Shown: piece by piece, positions 13,772 to 23,488 of the stretch
Layout of the letters: the number at the start of each line of letters is the position of its first letter
Numbering within the stretch: the first letter of the stretch is position 1
Assembly (NCBI GenBank): GCA_963749075.1
Contig: CAVVLJ010000016.1
Location: 640,001 to 704,000, forward strand
Direction: 5' to 3'
Source: an uncultured Pseudomonadota bacterium
GTDB lineage: Bacteria > Pseudomonadota > Alphaproteobacteria > JACZXZ01
Length of the DNA: 64,000 nt
Translations under genes and position numbers: made by a program
Notes under the pieces: model-generated
The model's input: the letters and a program-made list of their open reading frames with translations, nothing else
Databases searched by the model: none
What the model was told of the DNA's origin: nothing

Positions 13772-14827
13772 ATGCCGGGAGAAGCGCGATGGAAACGGCG
13801 TCCCGAGGGATCGACCTGGGGCGATTACGGACCGGACGACGAGCTCGGCCGGCTCAACCTGCTCACGCCGGAGAAGGTGAAAGAGGGCATTGCCGAGGTG
13901 CGCGAGGGCTTGACCTTCTGCCTGAGCCTGCCGCTCGACTATCCGGGGGGCAACGTGCTCAACCCGCGCCGCCATCCGCCCGTGCTGAGGCCCACGCTGC
14001 GCGGAGATAAGCCCAACTTCCTCTACCGCACGGCCGCCGACGACGCGAAGCTCACCGACGTGATCAACGACGACGCGGTCATCCTCCACCTGCAATACTC
14101 CACCCAGTGGGACAGCCTGGCCCACGTCGGCCAGCTCTTCGACGCCGACGGCGACGGCACGCCCGAGGCGGTCTTCTACAATGGCTACCGCGCGGGCGAG
14201 CACATCGTGGGTCCGCGGGACGCCAAGGACGCCGGCGCCGTGGGCGAGGTGCCGGCGCGCTCGACCTCGGCCGCGAAGAAGCTCGGCATCGAGAACATGG
14301 CGGCGAAATGCATGCAGGGCCGCGGCGTGATGATCGACCTCCACGCCCATTTCGGCCGCGCGCGCAAGATCGTGGGCTATGACGATCTCATGCGCGTGCT
14401 AGAGGCCGACAAGGTCGCGGTCGAGTCGGGCGACATGGTGTGCCTCCACACCGGCTTCGCCCAGCTCATCCTCGAGATGGGGAAGAAGCCCGACGGCGCC
14501 GTGCTCGCCAATTCCTGCGCCGCGCTCGACGGGCGCGATGAGCGGCTCCTCGAATGGATCAGTGCCTCCGGCCTCGTGGCCCTCATCGCCGACAATTACG
14601 CGGTCGAGGCCAGTCCGGCGCGCCCCGGCCAGGGAAAATGCGCGCTGCTGCCGCTCCACGAGCACTGCCTCTTCAAGCTCGGCGTCAATCTCGGCGAGAT
14701 CTGGCAGCTGACGCCGCTTGCGGACTGGCTGCGTGCCCACGGGCGCTGCCGCTTCCTGCTGACGGCGCCGCCGCTCAGACTCCCGGGTGCCGTGGGCTCG
14801 CCCGCGACGCCAGTCGCCACGGTCTAG
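13772..14827 (+). CDS. Cyclase-family metal-dependent hydrolase
   Basis: WGDYGPDDELGRLNLL, QYSTQWDSLAH, GRGVMID, GEIW..LA..L, PGAVGSP; RBS GAGGA before ATG 13772. Confidence 0.85.
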   Translation: MPGEARWKRRPEGSTWGDYGPDDELGRLNLLTPEKVKEGIAEVREGLTFCLSLPLDYPGGNVLNPRRHPPVLRPTLRGDKPNFLYRTAADDAKLTDVINDDAVILHLQYSTQWDSLAHVGQLFDADGDGTPEAVFYNGYRAGEHIVGPRDAKDAGAVGEVPARSTSAAKKLGIENMAAKCMQGRGVMIDLHAHFGRARKIVGYDDLMRVLEADKVAVESGDMVCLHTGFAQLILEMGKKPDGAVLANSCAALDGRDERLLEWISASGLVALIADNYAVEASPARPGQGKCALLPLHEHCLFKLGVNLGEIWQLTPLADWLRAHGRCRFLLTAPPLRLPGAVGSPATPVATV

Positions 14828-14846
14828 CGTTCCCGTCCGCATAGCC

Positions 14847-16940
14847 ATGTCCAATGCGAGCCTCAAGGCGGCGCTCGAGCCCAAGTCCGTGGCGATCGTG
14901 GGCGCCTCCGAGAACCCCAACAAGATCGGCGGCCGGCCGGTCGCCTACCTCAACCGCTTCGGCTTCCGCGGCAAGGTCTACCCGATCAACCCGCGGCGCG
15001 CCGAGGTGCAGGGCTTCGCCACCTACGCCGATCTTAAGAGCCTGCCCGAAGTGCCCGAGATGGCGATCGTGGCGCTGCCGGGCGACGCCGCGGTGGCGGC
15101 GGTCGCCGAATGTGCAGCACTCGGGGTCAAGGTCGCGGTCGTCATGACCTCGGGCTTCGGCGAGACCGCGACGGCGGAGGGGCGCGCCAAGGAACGCGAG
15201 ATGGTTGCCGCCGCGCGCGCCCACGGCATGCGCATCGTCGGCCCCAACGCGCAAGGCCTCGCCAATTTCGGCAGCGGCACGGTCGCGAGCTTCTCGACCA
15301 TGTTCATCGAGGAGGCGCCGGCCGACGGCCCGGTCGCCATGTGCAGCCAGAGCGGCGCCATGAGCGTGGTGCCCTACGGGCTCCTCCGCCGGCGCGGCAT
15401 CGGCGTGCGCCACGCCCATGCCACGGGCAACGACGCCGACGTGACGGTGGCCGAGCTCGCCGCGGCGGTGGCCGCCGACCCGGCCGTCAAGCTCCTCCTC
15501 CTCTATCTCGAGAGCATCCCCGATCCCCACCAGCTGGCCGAGGCGGCACGCATCGCGCGCGAGCGCGAGCTCCCCATCGTGGCGCTGAAATCCGGCCGCA
15601 CGGCGGCGGGGCAGCGCGCGGCGCAATCCCATACCGGCGCGCTTGCCACCGAGGACCGCGTCGTCGACGCCTTCTTGGTACAGCACGGCATCTGGCGCGT
15701 GAATGACGTGGCGGGTCTCGTGGAGGCGGCCGAGCTCTATCTCAAGGGCTGGCGGCCGCCGGGAAGGCGCCTCGCGGTCGTGAGCAATTCGGGCGCAACT
15801 TGCGTGATGGCGGCGGATGCGGCGACGCTCGCCGGCCTCGCCATGGCGCCGCTCGCGCCTGCCACGCGCGAGGCCCTCGGCCGCGTGCTGCCGAGCTTCG
15901 CCACCACCACGAACCCGGTCGACATCACCGCGGCCCTCCTCACCAACAGCCGGCTCTTCGGACAAATCCTCCCCATCCTCGCGCGCGACGCGGCGGTCGA
16001 CGCACTCATGGTAGGTCTTCCCGTGGCAGGCGAGGGCTACGACGTGGATGCCTTTGCCACGGACGCCGCCGCCTTCGCCAAGGAGACCGGCAAGCCGGTC
16101 GTCGTCATGGCGCCCCAGCTCAAGGTCGCAGCCCCTTTCAAGGCCGAGGGCCTCGCCACCTTCGAGCTCGAGGCCCAGGCGATCGCGGCCCTGAGCCAGT
16201 TCATCCGGCACCGCGAGCTCATGGCCGAGGTGCGGCTCAAGGCGCCGCCCGTGCCGGTGCCGCCGTTGGCGAGCGGCCCGGGCCGCGCGCTCAACGAGGC
16301 GGAGAGCCTGGCGCTCGTCGCCGGCTGCGGCATCGCCGTCGTGGCGCACGCGCTCTGCCGCTGCGAGGCGGAGGCCCGGGCGGCGTTCCGCAAGCTCGGC
16401 CCGCCCGTCGCGGTCAAAGGCTGCTCCGCCGAGGTGGCGCACAAATCCGAGCTCGGCCTCGTCCGCCTCGGCGTCGCCGACGAGGATGCGGCCATAGCTG
16501 CCTATCGCGACATGGCGCGCATTCTCGCGGAACGTGGCGCGCGCTTCGACGGCGTCATCGTCGCGGCGATGGCGCGCGGCCGCCACGAGCTCATGATCGG
16601 CGCGCACCGCGATCCCGTCTTCGGCCCGGTCGTGATGATGGGCGAGGGCGGCAAGTACGTCGAGGCGCTGCCCGATCTCCAGACGCTCCTTCCGCCCTTC
16701 ACGGCTGCGGACGCCGAGCGCGCCCTCGGGCGGCTGCGCATGGCGCCGCTTCTCGCGGGCGTGCGCGGCGAGCCACCCATGGACAGGGGCGCCTTCGCAG
16801 AGGCCGCCGCGGCGGCCGGCCGCATGATGGCCGGGGCCTCGCCCCGCACCTTGAGCCTCGATCTCAATCCCGTGCTGCTCGGGACTGCGGGGGAGGGATA
16901 TGCGGTGGTCGACGCGGTGGCGATCGTCGAGGAAGTGTAA
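14847..16940 (+). CDS. Acetate--CoA ligase family (ADP-forming acyl-CoA synthetase)
   Basis: PKSVAIVGAS CoA-binding fold, IVGPNAQG, SQSGA, SHTGALA (phospho-His), NPVD, ATP-grasp HKSELGLV, DLNPV. Confidence 0.9.
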   Translation: MSNASLKAALEPKSVAIVGASENPNKIGGRPVAYLNRFGFRGKVYPINPRRAEVQGFATYADLKSLPEVPEMAIVALPGDAAVAAVAECAALGVKVAVVMTSGFGETATAEGRAKEREMVAAARAHGMRIVGPNAQGLANFGSGTVASFSTMFIEEAPADGPVAMCSQSGAMSVVPYGLLRRRGIGVRHAHATGNDADVTVAELAAAVAADPAVKLLLLYLESIPDPHQLAEAARIARERELPIVALKSGRTAAGQRAAQSHTGALATEDRVVDAFLVQHGIWRVNDVAGLVEAAELYLKGWRPPGRRLAVVSNSGATCVMAADAATLAGLAMAPLAPATREALGRVLPSFATTTNPVDITAALLTNSRLFGQILPILARDAAVDALMVGLPVAGEGYDVDAFATDAAAFAKETGKPVVVMAPQLKVAAPFKAEGLATFELEAQAIAALSQFIRHRELMAEVRLKAPPVPVPPLASGPGRALNEAESLALVAGCGIAVVAHALCRCEAEARAAFRKLGPPVAVKGCSAEVAHKSELGLVRLGVADEDAAIAAYRDMARILAERGARFDGVIVAAMARGRHELMIGAHRDPVFGPVVMMGEGGKYVEALPDLQTLLPPFTAADAERALGRLRMAPLLAGVRGEPPMDRGAFAEAAAAAGRMMAGASPRTLSLDLNPVLLGTAGEGYAVVDAVAIVEEV

Positions 16941-16964
16941 CGGGCATCAAGCGGGGAGGATCGC

Positions 16965-17795
16965 ATGAGCATGAGCCAAAGCGAGAAGGCACGAGCATTT
17001 CGCGCGCTGCACGAGGGGCCCGGAGCGTTCGTCATTCCCAATCCCTGGGATGTCGGCACGGCCCGCATGCTGGCGGCCCTCGGGTTCAAGGCGCTGGCGA
17101 CGACGAGTGCCGGCTTCGCCTTCTCGATCGGCCGCCGCGATGGCGCGGTCACGCGCGATGAGGCGCTCGCCCATTGCCGCGCCATCGTCGCGGCGAGCGA
17201 GCTGCCGGTCTCGGCCGATCTCGAGAAGTGCTTCGGCGACGCACCGGAGACGGTCGCCGAGACGATCCGCCTGGCGGCCGGCACGGGCCTCGTCGGCGCC
17301 TCGGTCGAGGATGCCAGCGGCGATCCGCGGCGCCCGATCTACGATCTGGCACTCGCCGTCGAGCGGGTCGCCGCGGCGGTCGAGGCGGCGCGCGCGCTGC
17401 CGTTTCCCTTCACGCTCACGGCGCGGGCGGAGAATTTTCTTCAGGGCAGAGCCGATCTCGACGATACGATCCGCCGCCTTCAGGCCTTCGCCGCCGCCGG
17501 TGCCGACGTGCTCTATGCGCCGGTCCTGCCCAGTCTCGAGGCGGTCAGGATGGTCTGCGCTGCGGTGGCGCCCCGGCCGGTCAATGTGCTGACCGCCGGA
17601 CCGGCTGCTGCCTCCTCCGTTGCCGAGCTTGCCGCCGCCGGCGCGCGGCGGATCAGCGTCGGCGGCGCGCTCTACCGGGCGGCGCACGGCGCCTTCCTTC
17701 TCGCGGCGCGCGAGATGAAGGATCGCGGAACCTTCAGCTATATCGCGGATGCCGCGTCCGGCGCCGAGCTCGCCGGCTTCATGGCCAAGCGCTGA
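16965..17795 (+). CDS. Isocitrate lyase / PEP mutase family protein
   Basis: PNPWDVGTAR, ALATTSAG, PVSADLE, SVED, ARAENF, GADVLYAP, RRISVG. Confidence 0.88.
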   Translation: MSMSQSEKARAFRALHEGPGAFVIPNPWDVGTARMLAALGFKALATTSAGFAFSIGRRDGAVTRDEALAHCRAIVAASELPVSADLEKCFGDAPETVAETIRLAAGTGLVGASVEDASGDPRRPIYDLALAVERVAAAVEAARALPFPFTLTARAENFLQGRADLDDTIRRLQAFAAAGADVLYAPVLPSLEAVRMVCAAVAPRPVNVLTAGPAAASSVAELAAAGARRISVGGALYRAAHGAFLLAAREMKDRGTFSYIADAASGAELAGFMAKR

Positions 17796-17803
17796 GACGG
17801 CCC

Positions 17804-19678
17804 TTACAGGAACCCGATCGAGAGCCAGGGGACGGCGGCGACGATGACGAGGGCGGCGAAGAGGGCGGCGAGATAGGGCCAGATGCGCCCCATGCTCTCG
17901 TCGGGCGAGACGCGGCCGATGGCGCAGGCCGCGTAGAAGCCGACGCCGAAGGGCGGGGCGAAGAGCCCGAGCCCCATGGCGAGGATCACCACCATGGCGT
18001 AATGCACCTCGTGCACGCCGAGGGCGCGCGCCACCGGGAAGAGGAGCGGCCCGAAGAGCACGATGGCGGGGATGCCCTCGAGCACGCTCCCGAGCACGAT
18101 GAAGACGGCGATCGAGATGGCGAGGAAGCCCGCGTGCCCGCCCGGCACCGCCGCCATCATGGTGACGAGCTGGTGCGAGAAGCCCGACTGGGTGAGCGCC
18201 CATGCCATCGCCGTCGCGGTGCCGATGATGAGGAGGATGGCGCCGGAGAGGGAAGCGGTCTCGATGAGGATGGGATAGAGCCGGCGCAAGGGGAACTGGC
18301 GATAGACGAGGATGCCGACGGCGACGGTATAGACGACGCCCACGGTCGACACCTCGGTCGCGGTCGCGACTCCTTCGATGACCGCGGCGCGGATGACGAA
18401 GGGCAGCACGAGTGCCGGCAGCGAGACCACGAAGGCGCGCAAGACCTCGCGGCCCGTGGCGCGGCGCACGCCGCGCATATCCTCGCCGCGCGAGCGGAAG
18501 AAGCACACCGCGACGAGGGCAAGGGCCGCGACGAGTGCCGGGAGGAGGCCGCCCGTGAAGAGTGCGGAGATCGAGACGCCGGTAACCGAGCCGATGGTGA
18601 TGAGCACCAGGCTCGGCGGGATCGTCTCGGCCATGGCGCCCGAGGAGGAGAGGAGGGCCACGAGCTCGCCCGGCTCGGCCCCGCGCCGCTTCATCTCGGG
18701 GAAGAGCACCGGCGCCACCGCCGCCATGTCCGCCGCCTTCGAGCCCGAGATGCCCGAGACGAGATAAATGGCGCCGAGCAGCACATAGGCGAGGCCGCCG
18801 CGCACGTGGCCCAAGAGCGAGGCGAGGAAATCGACGAGCACGCGCGCGAGCCCGGTCATCTCGATGAGGAGGCCCAGGAAGACGAAAAGCGGCACCGAGA
18901 GCAGCACCAGGTTCGACATGCCCTCGTCCATGCGGTTGACCACGATGGTGAGCGGCACGTGGGTGGCGAGCGCCAGGTAGGAGAGCGTCGCGACGCCGAA
19001 GGCGAAGGCGATCGGCACGCCGATGGCGACGCAGGCGCCGACGATCAGCACGAAGAAGATCACGAGATTGAGGTTGCCGATCGAGAGCAGCGCCGGCCGC
19101 GCGAGCCAGAGTGCCGCCGCGACGAGGCCGATGACGAGGAGGGAGCCGAGCGCCTCGCGCACGCTCGAGCGCCCGAAGAGGCGGAAGAGCGCGATCACCA
19201 TCATGAGGACGGCGCCAACCCCGATGGCGAGCACGCGCAGGCCGTCGTGGATCTCGAGCGCCGGCGTGATGATCGCCCATTCGCTCTCCACATAGGCCGC
19301 GGCCGAGGGGATGATCTCGATCACGAAGAGCGCCACCACCATCGCGGCGAGCGTATCGAGCCAGCGCCGGCGCGCGGCACCCGCGTAGCCCACGATCGCC
19401 GTGAGCCGCATGTGCTCCTCGCGGCGGAGGGCGATCACCGCACCCAGCATGGCGAGCCAGAGAAAGAGGATGGAGGCGAGCTCGTCCGACCAGGTGAGCG
19501 GCCGGTCGAAGACGTAGCGCGACACCACGCCCGCGAAAAGCACGATGGTCTCGACCACCACGAGGACCGCGGCCGGCAGCTCGGTGAGCCAGCCGAGCGT
19601 GCGCTCGAACCGCGGGAGCCGGTCGCGCATGATCGGCGCCGCGAAGCTAGTACTCACCATCGCTGAGGCCTGCGTCAC
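17804..19678 (-). CDS. TRAP transporter fused small/large permease (DctQM)
   Basis: DctQ part (WSDELA, EHMRL) fused to DctM (SGSKAAD, IPPS, ATEVS, PPFGVG). Start approximate. Confidence 0.9.
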   Translation of the reverse strand: MTQASAMVSTSFAAPIMRDRLPRFERTLGWLTELPAAVLVVVETIVLFAGVVSRYVFDRPLTWSDELASILFLWLAMLGAVIALRREEHMRLTAIVGYAGAARRRWLDTLAAMVVALFVIEIIPSAAAYVESEWAIITPALEIHDGLRVLAIGVGAVLMMVIALFRLFGRSSVREALGSLLVIGLVAAALWLARPALLSIGNLNLVIFFVLIVGACVAIGVPIAFAFGVATLSYLALATHVPLTIVVNRMDEGMSNLVLLSVPLFVFLGLLIEMTGLARVLVDFLASLLGHVRGGLAYVLLGAIYLVSGISGSKAADMAAVAPVLFPEMKRRGAEPGELVALLSSSGAMAETIPPSLVLITIGSVTGVSISALFTGGLLPALVAALALVAVCFFRSRGEDMRGVRRATGREVLRAFVVSLPALVLPFVIRAAVIEGVATATEVSTVGVVYTVAVGILVYRQFPLRRLYPILIETASLSGAILLIIGTATAMAWALTQSGFSHQLVTMMAAVPGGHAGFLAISIAVFIVLGSVLEGIPAIVLFGPLLFPVARALGVHEVHYAMVVILAMGLGLFAPPFGVGFYAACAIGRVSPDESMGRIWPYLAALFAALVIVAAVPWLSIGFL

Positions 19679-19716
19679 CCCCTCCCCCCTTGAGGGGGAG
19701 GGTTAGGGAGGGGGGT
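19678..19716. repeat. REP-like palindromic repeat (CCCTC hairpin family)
   Basis: CCCTCCCCC-CTTGA-GGGGGAGGG followed by TTAGGGAGGGGG; same hairpin-plus-tail layout as the copies at 35028, 39834 and 60386. Confidence 0.6.
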
Positions 19717-19742
19717 GTGGCGCGCATAGATGGCCTGGGATG

Positions 19743-20774
19743 CTACGCCAGCTGCCCGACGGCCTTCTCGAGGAGCGCCCAGGCCTCGGCGCCGTATTTC
19801 TCCTTCCACTCGCCGTAGAAGCCGGCCTTGCGCAGCGCCGCGCGGAACGCCTCGGCATTCGTGTTGTTGAAGATCATGCCCTTGCCTGCGAGATCGCCTT
19901 GCAGCGTGTCGTTGAGATGGCGGACGTCCTCGCGGTCCTTGAGCGCCGCCGCGTTGAAGTTGCGCTCGACGATCTCCTGGACGTCCTTCGGCAGGCGCTG
20001 CCAGGCCTGGCCGTTGGCGAGGAACCAGAAGCCGTCCCACATGTGGTTGGTGATGGCGCAGTATTTCTGCACCTCGTAGAGCTTGGCGACGGAGATGATG
20101 GAGAGCGGGTTCTCCTGACCCTCGACGACCTTGGTCTGCAGCGCCGAGTAGACCTCGGAGAAATTGATGCTCGCCGGTGCGGCGCCGAAGGCCTTGAACA
20201 TCGAGGTCCAGAGCGGGCTCGGCGGCACGCGTATCTTGAAGCCCTTGAGGTCCTCGGGCGTGTTGATCGGGTGCGTGCTCGAGGTCATCTCGCGGTAGCC
20301 GTTGTCCCACATCTTCTCGAAGGAGTAGAGGTTCGCCTTGGCGATCGCCGCGCGCACGTGGGCGCCGAGCGCCCCGTCCATGGCCGGCCACACTTGCGAA
20401 TAGTCCTTGAAGGCGAAGCCGATGCCGTTGATGGAGGCGACGGGCACCAGGGTCGCCAGGATGAGGCCGGAGAGGGTGAAGAACTCGATCGCCCCCGAGC
20501 GCACCTGGGAGAGCATGTCGGTGTCGCCGCCGAGCTGGTTGTTGGGAAAGATCTGGATCTCGAGCCGCCCGCCGGTCTCCTCCTTGATCTTGGCGACCGC
20601 TTCCTGGGCGCGGATGTTCATCGGATGGGTGAGGGGCACGTTGTTGGCGTATTTGTAAGTGAACTCGGCCGCCTCGGCCGGATGCTTGAGAACCGTGAGG
20701 GCGGCAGCACCCGCCGTCGCGACGGCGGCGCTGCCAAGGAACGTTCTTCGGCTGATCTTCGTCATCGTCCTCAT
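19743..20774 (-). CDS. dctP: TRAP transporter substrate-binding protein (DctP), Tat signal
   Basis: SRRTFL twin-arginine motif, QLGGD, NGYR, DLKGFKIRV, EVYSALQTKVVEGQENP. Confidence 0.92.
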   Translation of the reverse strand: MRTMTKISRRTFLGSAAVATAGAAALTVLKHPAEAAEFTYKYANNVPLTHPMNIRAQEAVAKIKEETGGRLEIQIFPNNQLGGDTDMLSQVRSGAIEFFTLSGLILATLVPVASINGIGFAFKDYSQVWPAMDGALGAHVRAAIAKANLYSFEKMWDNGYREMTSSTHPINTPEDLKGFKIRVPPSPLWTSMFKAFGAAPASINFSEVYSALQTKVVEGQENPLSIISVAKLYEVQKYCAITNHMWDGFWFLANGQAWQRLPKDVQEIVERNFNAAALKDREDVRHLNDTLQGDLAGKGMIFNNTNAEAFRAALRKAGFYGEWKEKYGAEAWALLEKAVGQLA

Positions 20775-20885
20775 CTCCCGTTATTGAGCGTCATCCTCCA
20801 TGCCGCAGTATCACCGCGGGCGGTTGCGGGCGATTCTATGACATGGTTCCGACGGGTGCGAAAGGGCGATCGTGCGCTTTGGCGC

Positions 20886-21866
20886 TCACTCGCCGATGCG
20901 GAAGCGCTGGCCGAGCCAGGGCATCATGCGCTTGAGCGCCGGCACCGAGCGCTCCTTCAGGACCGCCCGCGCGAGTGCCGCGACGCGCTGCGGCACGCGG
21001 CCGAGCTCGCCCGCGCGCGCGACGAGCCAGATGCGCCGCGCGATCCCCGGCGGCGGCAGCGGGGCGACCTCGACGAGGGCCGGGCCCGGTGCCGCCTCGA
21101 GGAGGCAGAGCGGGGTGGTGATGGCCCAGCCGAGGCCGCGGGCGACGAGCGCCACCACCCCCTCGGTCGTGTCGAATTCCTGGCCCAGCGGGATTTCGAG
21201 GCGGAGCCGCCTCAGGTAGCGCTCGACCTCCTTTCCGGTGAGCGAGCGCGCGGTGTAGCGGATGAGCGGCAGCTCGGCGGCGATGCGCGAGAGGCTCTTG
21301 GCGTCCTCGGCGCGGCAGCCGGCCGGCAGCAGGAGGACGTAGGGCTCGTGGAGGAGGGGCGCGCGCTCGAGGCCCTGGGCGTCCTCGAGCGCATCCTGGG
21401 TGATCGCGATGTCGAGCTCGCGCTTGCGGAAGGCGGCATTGTGCGCGTCGCTCAGGCCGGACCACAGCGAGAGCTGCGCCACGGCGTCGCGCAGCTCGAC
21501 GCCGAGCACGGGTGCCAAGGGTGCGAAGAAGGAGTTGATGATGCCGATGCGCACGAGCGGGATCTTGGAGGCGGCGCGGTCGCGCACCGCCGGTGCGATG
21601 CGCCTCGCCTCCTCGAGGAGTGCCGCCGCGCGCTCCCGCAGCACGCCGCCCGCCACCGTGAGCGCCAGCGGCCTCAGCTTGCGGTCGAGGAGCTCGACGC
21701 CGAAGCGGCGCTCGAGCTCGCGCACCATCTGCGAGACGGCCGGCTGCGTGAGCCCGAGCCTGGCCGCCGCCGCCGTCATGCTGTGCGTCTCGGCGACCGC
21801 GAGGAAGGCGTCGAGCGCGCGGAGATCGAAGGGCAGCGGCCCGGCTCCGGCGAGGGCGCGCTTCAC
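20886..21866 (-). CDS. LysR-family transcriptional regulator
   Basis: HTH FDLRALDAFLAVAETHSMTAAAARLGLTQPAVSQMVRELE and C-terminal V..GLG. GTG 21866 is the probable start. Confidence 0.9.
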   Translation of the reverse strand: MKRALAGAGPLPFDLRALDAFLAVAETHSMTAAAARLGLTQPAVSQMVRELERRFGVELLDRKLRPLALTVAGGVLRERAAALLEEARRIAPAVRDRAASKIPLVRIGIINSFFAPLAPVLGVELRDAVAQLSLWSGLSDAHNAAFRKRELDIAITQDALEDAQGLERAPLLHEPYVLLLPAGCRAEDAKSLSRIAAELPLIRYTARSLTGKEVERYLRRLRLEIPLGQEFDTTEGVVALVARGLGWAITTPLCLLEAAPGPALVEVAPLPPPGIARRIWLVARAGELGRVPQRVAALARAVLKERSVPALKRMMPWLGQRFRIGE

Positions 21867-21889
21867 GGTTCCACCATGCGGGCTGCTTC

Positions 21890-21906
21890 CATAAGAAAAA
21901 TTTATG
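21890..21906. promoter_or_regulatory. LysR recognition site (T-N11-A) between the LysR gene and soxB
   Basis: Palindrome CATAA-GAAAAAT-TTATG; T21892 and A21904 are separated by 11 nt; lies in the divergent intergenic region. Confidence 0.65.
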
Positions 21907-21945
21907 TTACATCCGGAGCCGCTTGCCGGCAAGATCGCGCCCGCG

Positions 21946-23203
21946 ATGTCCCGCTATTCCTTCCTCGAGCTCGCCCGCCAAGCGCTCGCCGGCCACAAGC
22001 ACTGGCCGCGCGCCTGGCGCGATCCCGTGCCCAAGCCGGCTTACGACGTGGTCGTCATCGGCGGCGGCGGCCACGGCTTGGCGACCGCCTATTACCTCGC
22101 CAAGCTGCACGGCATTCGCAACGTGGCGGTGCTCGAGAAGGGCTGGCTCGGCGGCGGCAACACCGGGCGCAACACCACGATCGTGCGCTCGAACTATCTC
22201 TTGCCCGCGAACGCGCATTTCTACGAGTTCTCCCTCAAGCTCTGGGAGGGACTCTCGGCGGAGCTCAACTTCAACGTCATGTTCAGCCAGCGCGGCGTCT
22301 TCAACCTCGCGCACTCGGACGCCCAGCTCGACGCTTACGCCCGGCGCGGCAATGCCATGCGCCTGCACGGCATCGATGCGGAGCTGCTCGGTCGCGAGGA
22401 GGTGGGCGCCATGGTGCCGCTCCTCGACGTTCTCGGAGCGCGCGCGTTTTCCTATAGTCGGCGCGCTTTTCCAGCGCCGCGGCGGCAACGCGCGGCACGA
22501 CGCGGTGGCCTGGGGCTATGCCCGCGCGGCCGACGGGCTCGGCGTCGACATCATCCAGAACTGCGAGGTGACCGGTTTCGCGCGGGCGGGCGGCCGCGTC
22601 GTCGGCGTCGAGACCTCGCGCGGCGCCATCCGTGCCGGTAAGGTCGGCATCGCGGTCGCCGGCCACAGCGGCCACGTCGCCGCCATGGCGGGCCTGCGCC
22701 TGCCGATCGAGACGCACGTCCTCCAGGCCATGGTGTCGGAGCCGCTCAAGCCCGTGCTCGACACGGTCATGACGTACGGCGCCGGGCACTTCTACGTGAG
22801 CCAGTCGGACAAGGGCGAGCTCGTCATGGGCGGCGATCTCGACATGTACAACAGCTACGGCCAGCGCGGCAACCTGCCGGTGCTCGAGGAGGTGGTCACA
22901 GCAGGCCTGCAGCTCTTCCCCTTCATGAGCCGGCTCAGGATGATGCGCCACTGGGGCGGCGTCATGGACATGACCATGGACGGCAGCCCGATCATCGGCA
23001 AGCTGCCGCTCGAGGGTCTCTACTTCGACGGCGGCTGGTGCTACGGCGGCTTCAAGGCGACGCCGGCATCGGGCTGGGTCTTCGCCCACACCATCGCGCA
23101 CGACCGCCCCCATGCGCTCAACGAGGCCTTCACCCTCGAGCGCTTCGCAAGCGGCCATATGATCGACGAGAAGGGCGCCGGCCCCGTGCCCAACGCCCAC
23201 TGA
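21946..23203 (+). CDS. soxB: Sarcosine oxidase beta subunit, split by a +1 frameshift near 22429
   Basis: YDVVVIGGGGHGLATAYYLAK and GGGNTGRNTTIVRSNY in ORF 21904; RHDAVAWGYARAA and GWCYGGFKATP in ORF 21923. Deleting G22429 joins PLLD-FSERARFPI into about 418 aa. Confidence 0.92.
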
Positions 23204-23215
23204 GAAGGCTCTCCC

Positions 23216-23488
23216 ATGCTGCTCATCAAGTGCCCCTGGTGCGGCGAGCGCGACCAACGGGAGTTCACCTACGGCGGCGACGCCAAGGCGGCCAGGAGCC
23301 GGCCCGCGGCCGACGCCCCGCTCGCGGCATGGTACGAGTACGTCTATCTGCGCGACAATCCGCGCGGACCGCATACCGAGCTCTGGCACCATACGGCGAG
23401 CTGCCGGCGCTGGATCGAGGTGGTGCGCGACACCCTCACCCACGACATCTCGGCGACGGCGCCCGCCCGCGGCGGGGGCGAGCGATGA
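23216..23488 (+). CDS. soxD: Sarcosine oxidase delta subunit
   Basis: MLLIKCPWCGER..EF.YGG, R.NPRG, W.H..SC Zn-binding pattern. Confidence 0.92.
   Translation: MLLIKCPWCGERDQREFTYGGDAKAARSRPAADAPLAAWYEYVYLRDNPRGPHTELWHHTASCRRWIEVVRDTLTHDISATAPARGGGER

Noticed and set aside
21885-21912. dif-like site (CATAA...TTATGTTACAT resembles the XerD arm TTATGTTAAAT)
   Set aside because: The spacer between ATAA and TTAT is 7 bp rather than 6, and the site lies between a LysR gene and its divergent operon, so a LysR T-N11-A box explains it more simply.
22420-22445. Programmed ribosomal frameshifting in soxB (and at 3052 and 49300)
   Set aside because: No slippery heptamer or homopolymer run at these sites, and soxB is normally a single ORF; sequencing error is more parsimonious.
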